Below, one piece after another: positions 22,117 to 34,300 of a DNA stretch of 64,000 bases. The stretch is from assembly GCA_001179505.1 (NCBI GenBank), contig CDMY01000465.1, forward strand, positions 7,230-71,229. The letters are read 5' to 3'. Under the pieces are notes generated by a model, which saw only the letters and a program-made list of their open reading frames with translations, made no database searches and was not told where the DNA came from. The translations under genes were made by a program, and so were the position numbers. Positions within the stretch are counted from its first letter, which is position 1, and every line of letters begins with the position of its first letter. This DNA comes from Vitrella brassicaformis CCMP3155 (Eukaryota > Protista > Chromerida).

Positions 22117-25100
22117 ATGGAGGGAGGCCCCAACAGGAGAAGTGAACTCAGGCGACTGCGAAGCCCGGACGTAAGACCACGAGTACTGCAACCCACATGC
22201 GCAGATCTTGTCACTCACACACAGCATGAATCAATGGGAGGCAAGAGAGACGATGTATGACACTTTTTTCCGCCGAATGCTCCGCTACAGGCACCATCCG
22301 ACTCGTCGGTTTTGTCTCTGATTGTCTCTTTGTATGTCCCCCTTTGTGCATTGCAGGAGGGTGCAGAGGCATCGCGGTTCCCCTCCCTGGTAGCCCCAGC
22401 TCGTGCGGCAGCCGATGAGTCCTCCCGCCCACCTGCTGGTGCCCCGGGCAAGCGGCCCGAGAACAGCATGTGGGAGCTTTTCGGCCGACCCACACTCGCT
22501 ACACTGGAGCAACAAGCTTCACGAAAGAGGCCCGCCATCGAGGTACACACACACGGACTCATCTCATCGATTGCACATGCGTATGTCGGTCATGTGTTGT
22601 CCCGTTTAGTTTTCCCCTCCCGCCCCTCTGCCCGTCCCCGCTGCGCGAAAGATTGAGCCCCGGCCGTCCTCATCTCCATCAGAGCCGTCCGAGACACGGG
22701 AGCAGAGGCTGGGAGGGGCGTTGGAGCGGCGGCTTGTCAGAGTGGAAGAGGCGGCTGCCAACCTGTCGGTGAGTGGGTGCAAGCAGGGAAGAGATGGAGA
22801 ATAAGATGGGCATGCCTTTTGTGTTGGTGTGTTGATGCAGAGCGATGTTGTGCAGTTGCATGTGCTGAGGAATCGTCTCGGGGAGGTGGAGGCGTCTGTA
22901 CGTGAAGTGCGGGCCACTGTCGATAGGCGAATCGCAGGAATCGATGTGGAAACGGTGATGTCTCATCTCCTGCTGTTCTACATAGAATCGATCTCTCTCT
23001 TGCTGTTGTCAGAACTACAAGGCGTCGGGATTCATGCGCGAATATGACGAAAGGGAGAGGAGGGCCAAGGAGTGGGTCAGGAACGAGCTGCAGAGCTTGA
23101 ATGAACAGGTGAAACAGACACCCATTCATCCCAACGAACACAGACACACACAGAGGGAGAGCTGTGTGTGCTCTGCAGATGGCGACCATCCGGTCGACGT
23201 CAGTGGACGCGGCACAGCGCAACCAAAACTCCATCGCTGGCCTCGCAAGGACCACACAGGCAATCCCAACACACAGAGACACGTGGCATGACAAATGTTC
23301 ATCCCCTCATGCAGGCCATCGAGGCACGGCTAGACGGTGTCGACTCCTACCTGGGCCAGCTTCGGCATCGCATGGATTTTCTCTCGTCGAAGGCAGAGCA
23401 GGGGCGGCCGTCCGGCCACCCAGACACAGGCGGCATCCTGCCTCTGTCTGAGGGAGGCCCACTTCAGCAAATGACGGCGCAGCGTCTGGCCGACGAGCAG
23501 AAGAAAATCGACGACCTCGCCAAGTCATTCGCTGACCAGATAAGGGTCGGCCAGGGACACAAATGTTGCATTATCATGCGTCCTTTCTTCTTTGCGTGTA
23601 TGCGCAGAGCGTACAGAATCGCATCGATGAGTTGGCTGGGAAGCAGGCAGAAGAGGCCAAAGAGCGACGGTCCATATCGGACAAGGCATTCAAACAGATC
23701 ACTTCGCAGGTGGGGAATGAGTCAGCCATGCGCAACACACACACACACACACACACACACCTCTGTCCTTCAATGCAGGACGCTGCGCGAGCCAGTGACC
23801 TGCAAAAGCTCGAGACAGAGATCACAGGCGTCGGGTGAGCATCAGACAGAGAGACGCATCTGTACCCCATCTGTATGTATGGCTGCAGCAATCAGGTCGA
23901 CATGGAGCGGGAGGACCGTCGCGGCGCCCTCTCTGAGCTCGAGCAGAGGATGCAGCAGTCTATGGCCATGCAGGAGGACCGCAGCAAGGCGCTGCACCGG
24001 GAAGCAGCCTCGCAGCAGAGCCAGATGATTGCCGAGTGGAAGGAGTCGGTCAAGAGCCTGCAGAAGCTCATCCACGCCACTCAGACAGAGGCACACGACA
24101 AAATTCACGTAGGCGGCAACACACCCTTTTCGGCTGCTACAATGGATCGATCGCATCTCTGTATATGCGTGTGTGGATGCAGGCTGTGATGAAGGACAAT
24201 GAGGAGAAGGAGGCGGCCCTGCTGGCAAGGCAGCTGAAGGTCAATAATGACATCACCACCAGGCTGGCTCGCCTGGAAGCGGCTGTCGACACCGAAGCGC
24301 GGCATCGTGAAGAGGCCATGCGGAAAGCAAGAGAGAAGCACGATGAGGTGAGACATGACGGAGAGAGCAGATACATGCTATGAGTCCATATCTGCCTGTA
24401 TGATGCGGTCTGTCCATGCAGTCTCGGAAGGCGATCGAGAAGATCCAACTGAGCCTGGTGCACGCCATCGAGGAGCTTCGGGGCGAGTGGCAAGACTTTC
24501 TCAAAAGCACATCCAAGGCCATCGCCACCGCATCACATACTGCGCAGCAATACACCGACACACGGGTGGGCGGTGGGCGGTTGGGTGGGTCTGTTCCACT
24601 GTGTTCCTTCTCGTCATGTGTCTGTCCATGCCTTGTCATCTTGGTGCAGTACCAGGATTGCACGCAGCGGCTGGAGGGCCTTGACTCTCTCGTCAAAGCG
24701 ACGACGGCTGCACTGACGAGGACGGAGGCACAAGTGGCTGACCTCAACTCCAACTACATCACAGACCTGCAGGCCACGGAAAGTGAGACACGACGGCCGT
24801 GAGGCCACACTGCTGCACGGATCAATGCGTGCTGCAGCTCGGCTGAGGACTCGGATGTCCGACTCACAAGCGGCCGCATCAAGACAGATCACACAAGGTA
24901 GGGGAAGAGACAGAAGCGTCTGTGTCTCTCACGCAATGTGTTGATGCAGTCGAGTTTGAGCTGCGGTCGGTGGTGGACAAGCGATGTGCCGACACCGAAA
25001 GCATGGTGAGCAGGCAAGGCCTTACAGCACAAGAGAGCACAGCGGTCGTTGCGAATCCTTTGCAGCTGAAGGAGGAGGGCCAACGTACCAAAGAGAGATG

Positions 25101-28100
25101 CGACACACTCGCCAAGGGCGTGGACGGCACCATCGCACTCACCAGGGTAGGTGAGCATCATGTGCGCTACGACTTTCATCCGGTCTGTGCGTCTGTCCCA
25201 GAGCGCTTTGGAGAACCAAGTGCGCGAGCTTTCCGAGCGACAAGACGCCAAACTCACAAGCGTTGACTACAGACTGATGAAGGTCAGCTCCCCAGGACAG
25301 GTGAATGCATCCATGAACTGCTGTGGCGTATCGACACTTCAGGACATCCAAGAGCGTGCCTCGGCGCTCGACGATGCCCTGAAAGCGAAGGACCTCGAGC
25401 TGTCGGCTCGGATAGATGCTGTCCAGGAGACATTCCAAGAGGTAGGTAGCCACAGCTATTCACCGCTCCTGCAACCATGTGTGCTCGCAGGAGAAGGCGC
25501 GTGTGGACGCCCGCTTCAGCCTGGTCCATGAGCATGGCGCCCTGCAGGCTGAGACGATCGAGAGGTGGGGGAAACGAGAGACGTGTCTCAAACGATCGAC
25601 AAGCATTGTGTGCCTTCTTCAGTGCGAGGAAGCATTTGATTGAGCAGATCCAGGACCTGGACGCAAAGACGGAAAGAGACATCACCATGTTGGATGGTCA
25701 GCCTGATTGACAGTCAGCTTGAGAGCTTTGCGACATCCACGTGTGTCTTTCAGAGAGGATGCAAGCCAAACTGACCGATGACATCGCCGCCCTCGACATT
25801 GCATTGAGGGTGAGGGCAAGAGAATCATGCACCGAGCGACAGCAGACACGCCCCCCTTCCGCCTCATGCAGGTCTTCGCCACCGACAATCTGAACCAAGA
25901 ACGCTCCGAGCGGCTTACAATGGACACCGAGCGATCACGCGTCTTCCAGGAGCGGCTCGAGAACCACGAGGAGCTCACGCGCAACCGCATCAGCATGGCC
26001 ATGGAAGACGTGAGCAACCACCTGAAGGCGAGCAGAGACGCCGCACTGTTGCGGTCGGTCGCGCACGAGCACGACGTTGATATGAGGCTGAAAGAGGCCG
26101 AGGAAAAGCGAGTGGCCTATGAAGCGTCGATGGACGCTCGCTTCGACACTTTGCACGACGAAACGCTGGATATCCACCAGACGCAGGAACAGGCCATGAA
26201 CATGATGGCTGAAGACTGCCGAGGCATGTTGGAACGACAGCAAGAGAGGGTCATGCAAAGCGAGGCAGCTATCAAGGCTGACATGAGAAGGGAGACTAAC
26301 AAGCTCTGCAGCGACATGGCCAGCATTGTGCTGCAGACCGGGCAGCTCCGACACGAGTTGACGAAGGAGATTGCTGCGCTTGACGGGGGGACAAATGAGC
26401 GCTTCGACACATTGCAGAACGACATGCAAGCCGCACACGAGACGCAGGAACGGGCCATGAACATGATGGCCGAAGATTGCCGAGGGATGCTGGAACGACA
26501 GCAGGAGAGGACACTGGAAAGCGAGCTGGCCATCAAAGCTGAGTTGGAGAGAGAGACAAAGAAGCTCCGCAGCGACATGGACCAGTCTGCAGAGGCTCTG
26601 ATGGCCAGCATTATGCTGCAGACCAGCACCTTGCGAGACGAGCTGACCGAAGAGATAACTGCGCTCGACGGCCGCACCAACGAGCGCTTTGACACTTTGC
26701 AGAACGACCTACAAGCGGCACACGAGATGCAAGAGCACGTCATGAATATGATGGCCGAAGACTGTCGGGGGATGCTCGAAAGACAGCAGGAGAGGACCAT
26801 GCAGAGCGAGACGGCCATCAGAGCTGAGTTGGAGAGAGAGACGGAGAAGCTCCAAAGTGATATGAATCAGTCTGCAGAGGCTCTGACGGCCAGCATCATG
26901 CTGCAGGCCAGCACCTTGCGAGACGAGCTGACAGAGGAGATCACCGCCCTTGACGGCCGGACGAGCTTGCGTCTTGAGGAATTGCAGAAGCAGCATGAAG
27001 ACGAGACGGGGGCAATCAGGGCCCAGCTGGAAGAAGATACAAGCGCACTGTGAGCTGACAAGAACGAGTGTATGTGTGTGAGTGTCTCACCGCATCCATG
27101 TATTGGCAGTCGTCTTGAGTACCAGAATGAGATTCAAACCCTCCAGGACGACATGTCGGAGCAGATGGAGCACCTGTACACGCAGACGACAATGAGGTGC
27201 GACGACATCGAGCTCAAGTGGGACGAGCTGGAAAGACGCGTCAAGGCACAGATGGACGAGGCTGCTGACCAACAGGTGAGCCTGCAGCAAAGGTTTTCAT
27301 TGTTTGCATGGCTGCTGTGGCCGTGTGCAGAGAGCGATCGATGGGAGGCTGGCCGAGACAGAGGTAGCCTTATGTCTGCAAGACATGGTGACAAAGGTCG
27401 GTGTGTCCCTGTGCACATGTGAGAGGCGAAAACACCGGTTGCTGTCTCTCTCTGCCCCTGTCTCCTCCCTGTCTCCCTCTCTCCCCTCAGGTGGCCCTAA
27501 ACTCAATCGAAGCCGCCAATGCAGAGAGCAAGCAGGAGCTCACGCGCGTCGCTGAGGGCCTGACGTGAGCAAGAGGGCAAGGACGATCCCTGACTCGCAA
27601 TATGCATACCTACACCCACCACTTTGTCCTTTGTGTTTGCAGCAAGACCAACGCCGCGATAGAGATGAGGATGAATGGTGTGACTGCACGGCTACTCATG
27701 GCCTCACAGGCACTGGAAGTCGTGAGAAGCGACATCAAAAAAGGTAGCGAGGCTGCAGCGGCCTTGAAGGGCGACGTCGACAAGACGAAAGAAGAGGTGA
27801 CCCGACCCGATACACACACACTATCCACTGTGACGTGTCCGCTGCTGTCCTGTATGTGGTTCAGTGGCAGCAGGAGACCGAGTCGATTCGCCGCCATCAG
27901 GACGAGTTTGAGAAGACAGCCACCGTCACGATGGACGGCCTCGGCGCTGAAATGCTTCTCGTCAACACCAACGTCCAGAAGGCCCAAAAGGACGTATGTG
28001 TACACGGCACCGCCATACCAACCACGCCACTTCCCCTCCGCTCTCTTGCCCGTCCATCAGGTGGAGGCCATCCGCGCAGAGGTCAAGAAGCTCGACGATC

Positions 28101-28463
28101 TGCGGCCGAAGGTCTCCTTGCTCGAGGACGAGGTGGGTACTGTATATAACAGGGCATATAACAGGCAGAAGAGTCCATCTGTTCTGTATGTGTACAGGTG
28201 GACGAGCAGCTCACACCTCGGCTGACGAAGCTGACGGCGGCTGACGAGGTCAAAACCGTGCAAGAAAGAAATGTGAGGGCACGGAAAGGATGTGTGTATG
28301 GATGCAGGAGGTGCGGAGACAGCTGCAGGACACGGCGACCGCCTTGGTGGCCCGGATGGAGTCGCACTGGTATCTCAAGAGCATGATGGACACGGTAGCC
28401 GACACAAAGACCAAGGAGTTTTTCAAATATATCGAGACACGCCTGGCCCAGCTGGAACGTTAA
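22117..28463 (+). CDS. Large multi-exon coiled-coil protein with internal 87-95-aa tandem repeats
   Basis: About 25 E/Q/K/R/L-rich exons bounded by GT-AG (e.g. NRLGEVEASVREVRATVDRRIAG; ITTRLARLEAAVDTEARHREEA). Ends ...FFKYIETRLAQLER* at 28463. Exact exon boundaries are uncertain. Confidence 0.7.
26135..26960 (+). repeat. Three in-frame coding tandem repeats (261, 285, 285 nt)
   Basis: RFDTL...MNMMAEDCRGMLERQQER...ELT(K/E)EI(A/T)ALDG recurs at spacings of 261 and 285 nt. Confidence 0.9.
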
Positions 28464-28917
28464 CGACCGATCGACACATGTCAGGAAGTCAGGGACAGAG
28501 GTGTAAGTGTTGGAAACGTTTTCTCAACGCGACGACTGTATAGGATTGCATGTGTACGTGATGTGTGTGTCTGGTACGTACTGAAGGCATGCATGTCTTA
28601 CCGTATCCACTCACTCACAAATGCACAGGCAGACATACCGACCGACGGGCGTCCAAAAAGGGCGAGACCCGATCGCCAAGATGTGTAGGTGTGGCTACCA
28701 GAACTGCACCAACGCGTGGTCAACGTTGCGGACAAGCATCTGGGCCCAGAGCTTGCTCGTCGCGTTGCCCGCGACATGGCCATTCTGACAGCCACACCGA
28801 TACACACACAAAACTCAAAGAAAGCCACAGCACCAGCCACCAGACAAGAATGCACACCCCTCCTATACACGATCCACAGGCTAGGCCGTCCTATACACTC
28901 ACACAACCATGCACTCA

Positions 28918-30070
28918 TCAGACCACAATAGCGGACTTGCCATAGGTTTGAGGGCCGAATGGGTGCATCCGCGCCGTGTCGGCCTCGGGGTCGCCCACAA
29001 CGATGTCCTCCTCCGTCTCCTCGACTGCATCGGAGCCCTTGGGGAGGATGAAAAGCTTGTGGATAAGGCAGATGACCAAAGGCACCAGAGAGAAGAGGGA
29101 CACGATCGTTGCGGCCATACGAGGGGCTGGAATCGACGCCACCACGACCTACACGCATGCACCACACACAGCACATGCATCGTGATAATATGGGTGTGAG
29201 GGGAGCGGGTGGGCTTACATTGACGATCAGCATTGCCACCAAGACGACGGAAGCGGAGCGCATTCGCGCCCAGGGCAGATAGACGAGAGAAATGCACACA
29301 ACGGAACTCACACACCGCACAGTCGCCCTGCGTCAGGACAAACAAGGTGAGTACACACACACACACACACACACACGTATCCACAGAGACCTCTGTGTGT
29401 ATTGCGTGAATGGGTGGGACCTCCTTCTCACCTCAGCGCAGCAGGCACCAGATCTCCCCTGGCCCGGCTCACAGCGAAGGTCGGAAACCCCAGCGCCCAA
29501 AGAAGAGACCCGTTCAGACCGACGAGCACCACAAACTCTATGGTTCTGCCGCGGACGTGCCTCGGCACACTCGACCGCTCTTTGACGGCGAACTCACACC
29601 ACGCAGCCAAGACCGCCATGCCCAACGCGGCGATCGGGTAGAAGCCAAAGTCATCAAGATACGTCAACGAAGGCACCTGAACGACGCGGAGGCACACACA
29701 TGCACCTGCTTCCCTCTGTCTGTGCCCGTGTGTGCGCGTGAGGACTCACGTCCATCTCTCCATGCAGCTGCAGCTTCTTCTCGGGGTACCGCAGCAGATA
29801 CAGAACGGCAAGCGCCTGGCCCGCGTTGAGAAACGACGTCATGCCCAGCACCGCCGGACCGATTTGGCTGCACTGCACGTCGAGGAATGCCGCTGCGATG
29901 CAGCAGAGGCCCGTGACACAGAGGAAAGCCGTGTGGATGGCCTGCCACGGCATCGGCTCGAGGATGGCATTGATGGCGCCGCCGGTGAGCAGCAGTAGGC
30001 CGAAGATGACGGCCGTGATGGTGAAGACGATGTCGTTGGTGGTGGAGAGGTAGATCTCACGCTGCGCCAT
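28918..30070 (-). CDS. Multi-pass membrane protein of unknown function (4 exons)
   Basis: Repeated hydrophobic segments (IVFTITAVIFGLLLLTGG; IHTAFLCVTGLCCIAAAFL; FYPIAALGMAVLAAW; IEFVVLVGLNGSLLWAL; IVSLFSLVPLVICLI) with GT-AG junctions. Confidence 0.7.
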
Positions 30071-30359
30071 GAGATGGCGCTGGCATGTGGGTTCGCGCCC
30101 TCTGTACGCTGCGGGTCGTTACGTTGCGGCCGGGTTTGCGAACAATGCAGTCGCGTTGAAAGGGGGACTCCAACGAAAGCTCACGATCAGCTCAAGCAGC
30201 AGTGGTTTCAGGCAGCACCCTAGCTCAACCAATGCGAGCTTGAGTCCGGAGAAACTTGGCTGTGCCTTGGCTGTGGCGCGATTGCTCCCGCTTTCCATTC
30301 GCCGGCGCACCCATCGCATTAACCAATCCTTGAACCAATCCATTCACTCATCCCTGGCC

Positions 30360-31277
30360 ATGTCCGCATCTGCGGCATCAGCAGCGGGGGATGAGCTGAA
30401 GAGGGGGCTGACGGGCAGCCTGTTCCGGCAGCTGGCGACCATGGAGGGCAACAGCGCCTCGCTCGGCGGCGCCACCACAATATTTGAGGAGGCGCAGGTG
30501 AGCGAGGCCGACCTGCTGGCGGCCAGGCGGATATTCTTGGAGTTTGCTACCTTTGAAGAGGACGGTCATGAGACTGGAGTGGATGGCGGCAAGAGGGAGA
30601 GGGAGAGGGGGGAGAAGATTCTCACGCTGGCCAACTTTGTCAAGATGGCCATCAAGTAGAAGAGGGCGAGCCCACCACATGGATGGATGGATGTTCCACC
30701 TTCTCTCTGTATGTGAATGTATGTGTGTGTGTGGGTGCAGGTACCGTCTTTGTAGCTTGGCGGAGTGCGAGGCGTTCCACTACTGCATGGGGCGGGAGAC
30801 CGGCGGGCGTGTGGGGTGGGAGGCGTTCAGCCGGACGTGCGTGCTGGCCGACCCCCACACGTGCCACGTCCTCAACTCGGTCACCGGCAGACAGCGGTGC
30901 AGGGACATCTTCCACTTCTATGACGTCAACAGAAGGTCATTAACCTCACCACACCACACAGAACACACTCTTTTTCTCTCTCCCATTTCTCATCCAGCGG
31001 TGCATTGGAGTTCCACGAGTGGTGCCGCATCGTCGCGGACGCCCTCCAAGTGCGCGACAACAAACCCCACCTACCGATTGGCGACGGCGAGGAGGCTTCA
31101 TCCTCGGCAGGTGTAGATGTAGATGTGGACGTAGCTGACCTGATGGAGGCCACGCGCGAGGCCAGGGAGGCGAGCGTGCAGCTGGGGCTGGAGTACGCGC
31201 GGAAAATCAACATCAAGGCCTTCCGCAACCAAGACGATCCACACGTGAGAAAGGGGAAAGGGATGTATCATGGCACA

Positions 31278-31309
<32 letters not shown>

Positions 31310-34300
31310 CGTGTGTGTGTGTGTGTGTGGATCAGGGTCTCCCCCCTCCATCCGCGGCGATGGATTTCGACCAGTTCAACAGCATCGTCCGCAAGGAGCA
31401 GCTCCGCGGCAGCGCCAAGCTATTCCGCTTCTACTCGTCCATCATGCACACAAACACCGCCACCGATGGCAACAGCGGCACCATTGACACCGGCCCCCCA
31501 CCCAAACCCAGCACCACCACCCCTCCCAGGCTCACCTCGACCTTGTCGTTCGAGTCGTTGCGTCAGATCCCGTCGAACCCCTCCAGTAGCAGCCACTCGG
31601 CCCTCACCACACACAGACGGGACGACCCTCCCCCTCTGCCCATCGACACACAACATGAGACTGAGGCCGTCGAAGGGACGGCGGGCGATGGGAGGCAAGT
31701 GCGTGTGTTGTTCCCTCTGGCTGAGCTGGTGCGTCATGAGGCTCTTGGGGCTGAGGAGGGGGGCGTGATTGAGCTGGCGAGTATTGGTGAGGGTGAGGGA
31801 GAGGTGAATGAGAGCGGGCTGAGGGAGCTGCCACTGGGGCTCACAGATGAGGAGGAGACGGCCATCCTGCGGATCAGAGAGCTCATGGGCGGAGGTACGC
31901 CGGGCAGGCCAACCAGCACAGCCCACACGATACCCCAACACACACCTCACAGAAACCATCCTTTGTGTGTGCGTGTGTATGGTCAGATTCTCCGGCCTTC
32001 CGTCATCTGCTGGGTCTCCCTCCGCCCTCTGGCGACCCCCTCACCGCCCCCATGCAGCTCATCCACACTACTGCAGACGGCGACTCCACCCCGCTGCCCT
32101 TCTACATCCACCCCCCAGCCCACCTCCTCTCACACGCACCCCTCTCTCGCCAATTCCCGCAATGCCGGAGACCGAAATCGCCCGACCACGGCAGGCAGAG
32201 ACAGCCCGTGGACGCGTTCCTGTCGCTCTTTCCCTTCGCCGGCTTGCCTGCGCCGGATGTCATCCACGAGGCCCACAAGTGAGGCTGACTGTGGACCGAT
32301 GCATTCATCGTCACAGTGCATATGGCGGCTTGTGTGTGTTGTGTGTGTGCAGGGTGGCCCGTCGTGTGCTGTCGGATGTCTTCACGGACACGACTGTCTT
32401 CATCGGTCGGCTGGAGAAAGCGGCCTGGGGCGGCGGCGGCGGCGGCGGTGGTGAGGGGAAGGGCGGGAAGCGTTCCGGTGTGTCGGTGTGTTGCTCGATG
32501 TTTCTGTGCACCCCTGCGGAGCTGGTGGGCGTGTTGGGTGCGGCGTGCAAGCTGATGGAGGGGGAGGAGGTGGTCAAGAGGGTGAGTGTGGGGGCCAAGG
32601 CCAGTAGCAAAGCTGTCAAGGTCATCGGCAGCATCTATGGACAGGTAAGCGCCGCGCCTTGGCCCCCATAGAGTCATCATGCTCTTGTCATCTTTGCCCT
32701 TGCTCATTAGGTAGCGGACCTTCTCTCGATGCTCGGCCCACCTGCCCTGCTGCCCACACCAGCAACACTCACACCCACCATCACCAACACCAACACCAGC
32801 AGCAACAGCAGCAGCAAGCCGCCACCGTCCCCCTCTCTGCTGCGAGATCTGGAGCAGGGCACGTGCAGCCTGGTGTTCCTGGGAGACTATGCCGGCCGGG
32901 GCGGGTGGGGGCTGGAGTGTTTGGCCATCGTGGCCGCACTCAAGGTGCGGTTCCCACATTCGGTCGTCCTGCTGCGGGGCTCCTATGACAACCGGGTGAG
33001 TGAGCGTGGGGGCTTTGCGTGGCGCATGAGCGGCGGCATTCTCATGTGTGTGGGGGGGCGTGTGTGTGTGTGTTTGCAGGCTGCCATGCATCTCGTGGCG
33101 TTTCAGGACGAGTGTTCGCGTCGGTTCCCCTCGACAACGTTCCCGAGCTACCTGACCGTGAGCGACACGAGCCACCACAAAATCGCACCCACAGACAGGA
33201 GCGTCCCCGACATGACCTTTGAGCTCTTCGACCGGTCAGCAGAGCGGCCCCCTTTCCCCTCACCCCCATCTGTATGTCTCTCTCTCTCTCTCTCTGTCCC
33301 TCTGCGTGTGTGTGGATGGCCAGGCTCTCCCTTGCAGCCGTGATTGACGGCCAGATCCTGCTCGGCAGCTTCGTTTCTCGGCTCCCCTCCCTCTATCACC
33401 AGCAGCAGCAGCACCAGCAGCAGCAGACATCGCTCCTGTCCTACCTGGCGACACACAAGAAGCCCCTGCGTCTGATAGTGGGAACGGGAGCCGGGGTGGG
33501 GGCAGGTGGGCCGCCCTCATTATTCGTGTCTCTGGAAGCGCTGTTCCTGCCCCAATGCAACAACATGACGGAGGGCGTGGCGGCATCGCTCGCAGTGGGG
33601 AGGCCCCCGGTGCTCACGCAGACACAGATGCAGGACAACGAAGTGAGATAACTGCGCACTAGGAAGGACGAGGCGACATGCATGTGTGTGTGTGTGTGTG
33701 TCTGTGTGTGTGTCAGAGTGTGTTTGAGGCGTTCATGGCTCGTGAGAAGGTTAGCATGATGATGGGCAGCGGGGTGGTGTCTCGGCGGGGGTGTGTGGTG
33801 GCGAGTGGGGGGCGGGTGCTCCTGCTGTGCTCGACGGTCAACTTCTGCGACTGTGTGGCAAACGATGGGGCGTTCCTCACCATTACCCGGTCGGTCAGCT
33901 ACCCACGAATGTGCCCCTCTCTCCATCCGTCCACTTCTCTCTGTATCTCTCGCTCTGTCAGCGATGGCAGCGATATCATCATCCGCCCGCGCTCATTCAC
34001 AGCCCTCCCTCTGCCGACATCGTCGCAGCAACACTCCCTCCCCCCCTGTCGGCCACCCACACCGCCAACGGCCCCCACCTCCATGAAGCGCACACACACA
34101 CGCAAGACCGCGAGAGACAAAGACAGGATGGCCACGACCAAGAGCTACCGAGACCTCCGCACTGGTGCCACCACCACCACCACCACCACGAGCGTCACAG
34201 GTGCCACCAGCAGCATCAACAGCAGACCGCCCCTCCCACCGCTGCCCCCAACGCAGATATCGCGGCGACTGAGATGGCCCGCACAGATCCGAGACGTCGA

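Noticed and set aside
26135-26960. Regular repeats as a CRISPR array or mobile element
   Set aside because: The units are 261-285 nt, in frame and lack spacers. They are coding repeats in a eukaryotic gene.
25935-26996. Minus-strand ORFs over the coiled-coil repeat exon
   Set aside because: Antisense shadows of a GC3-rich coding exon.
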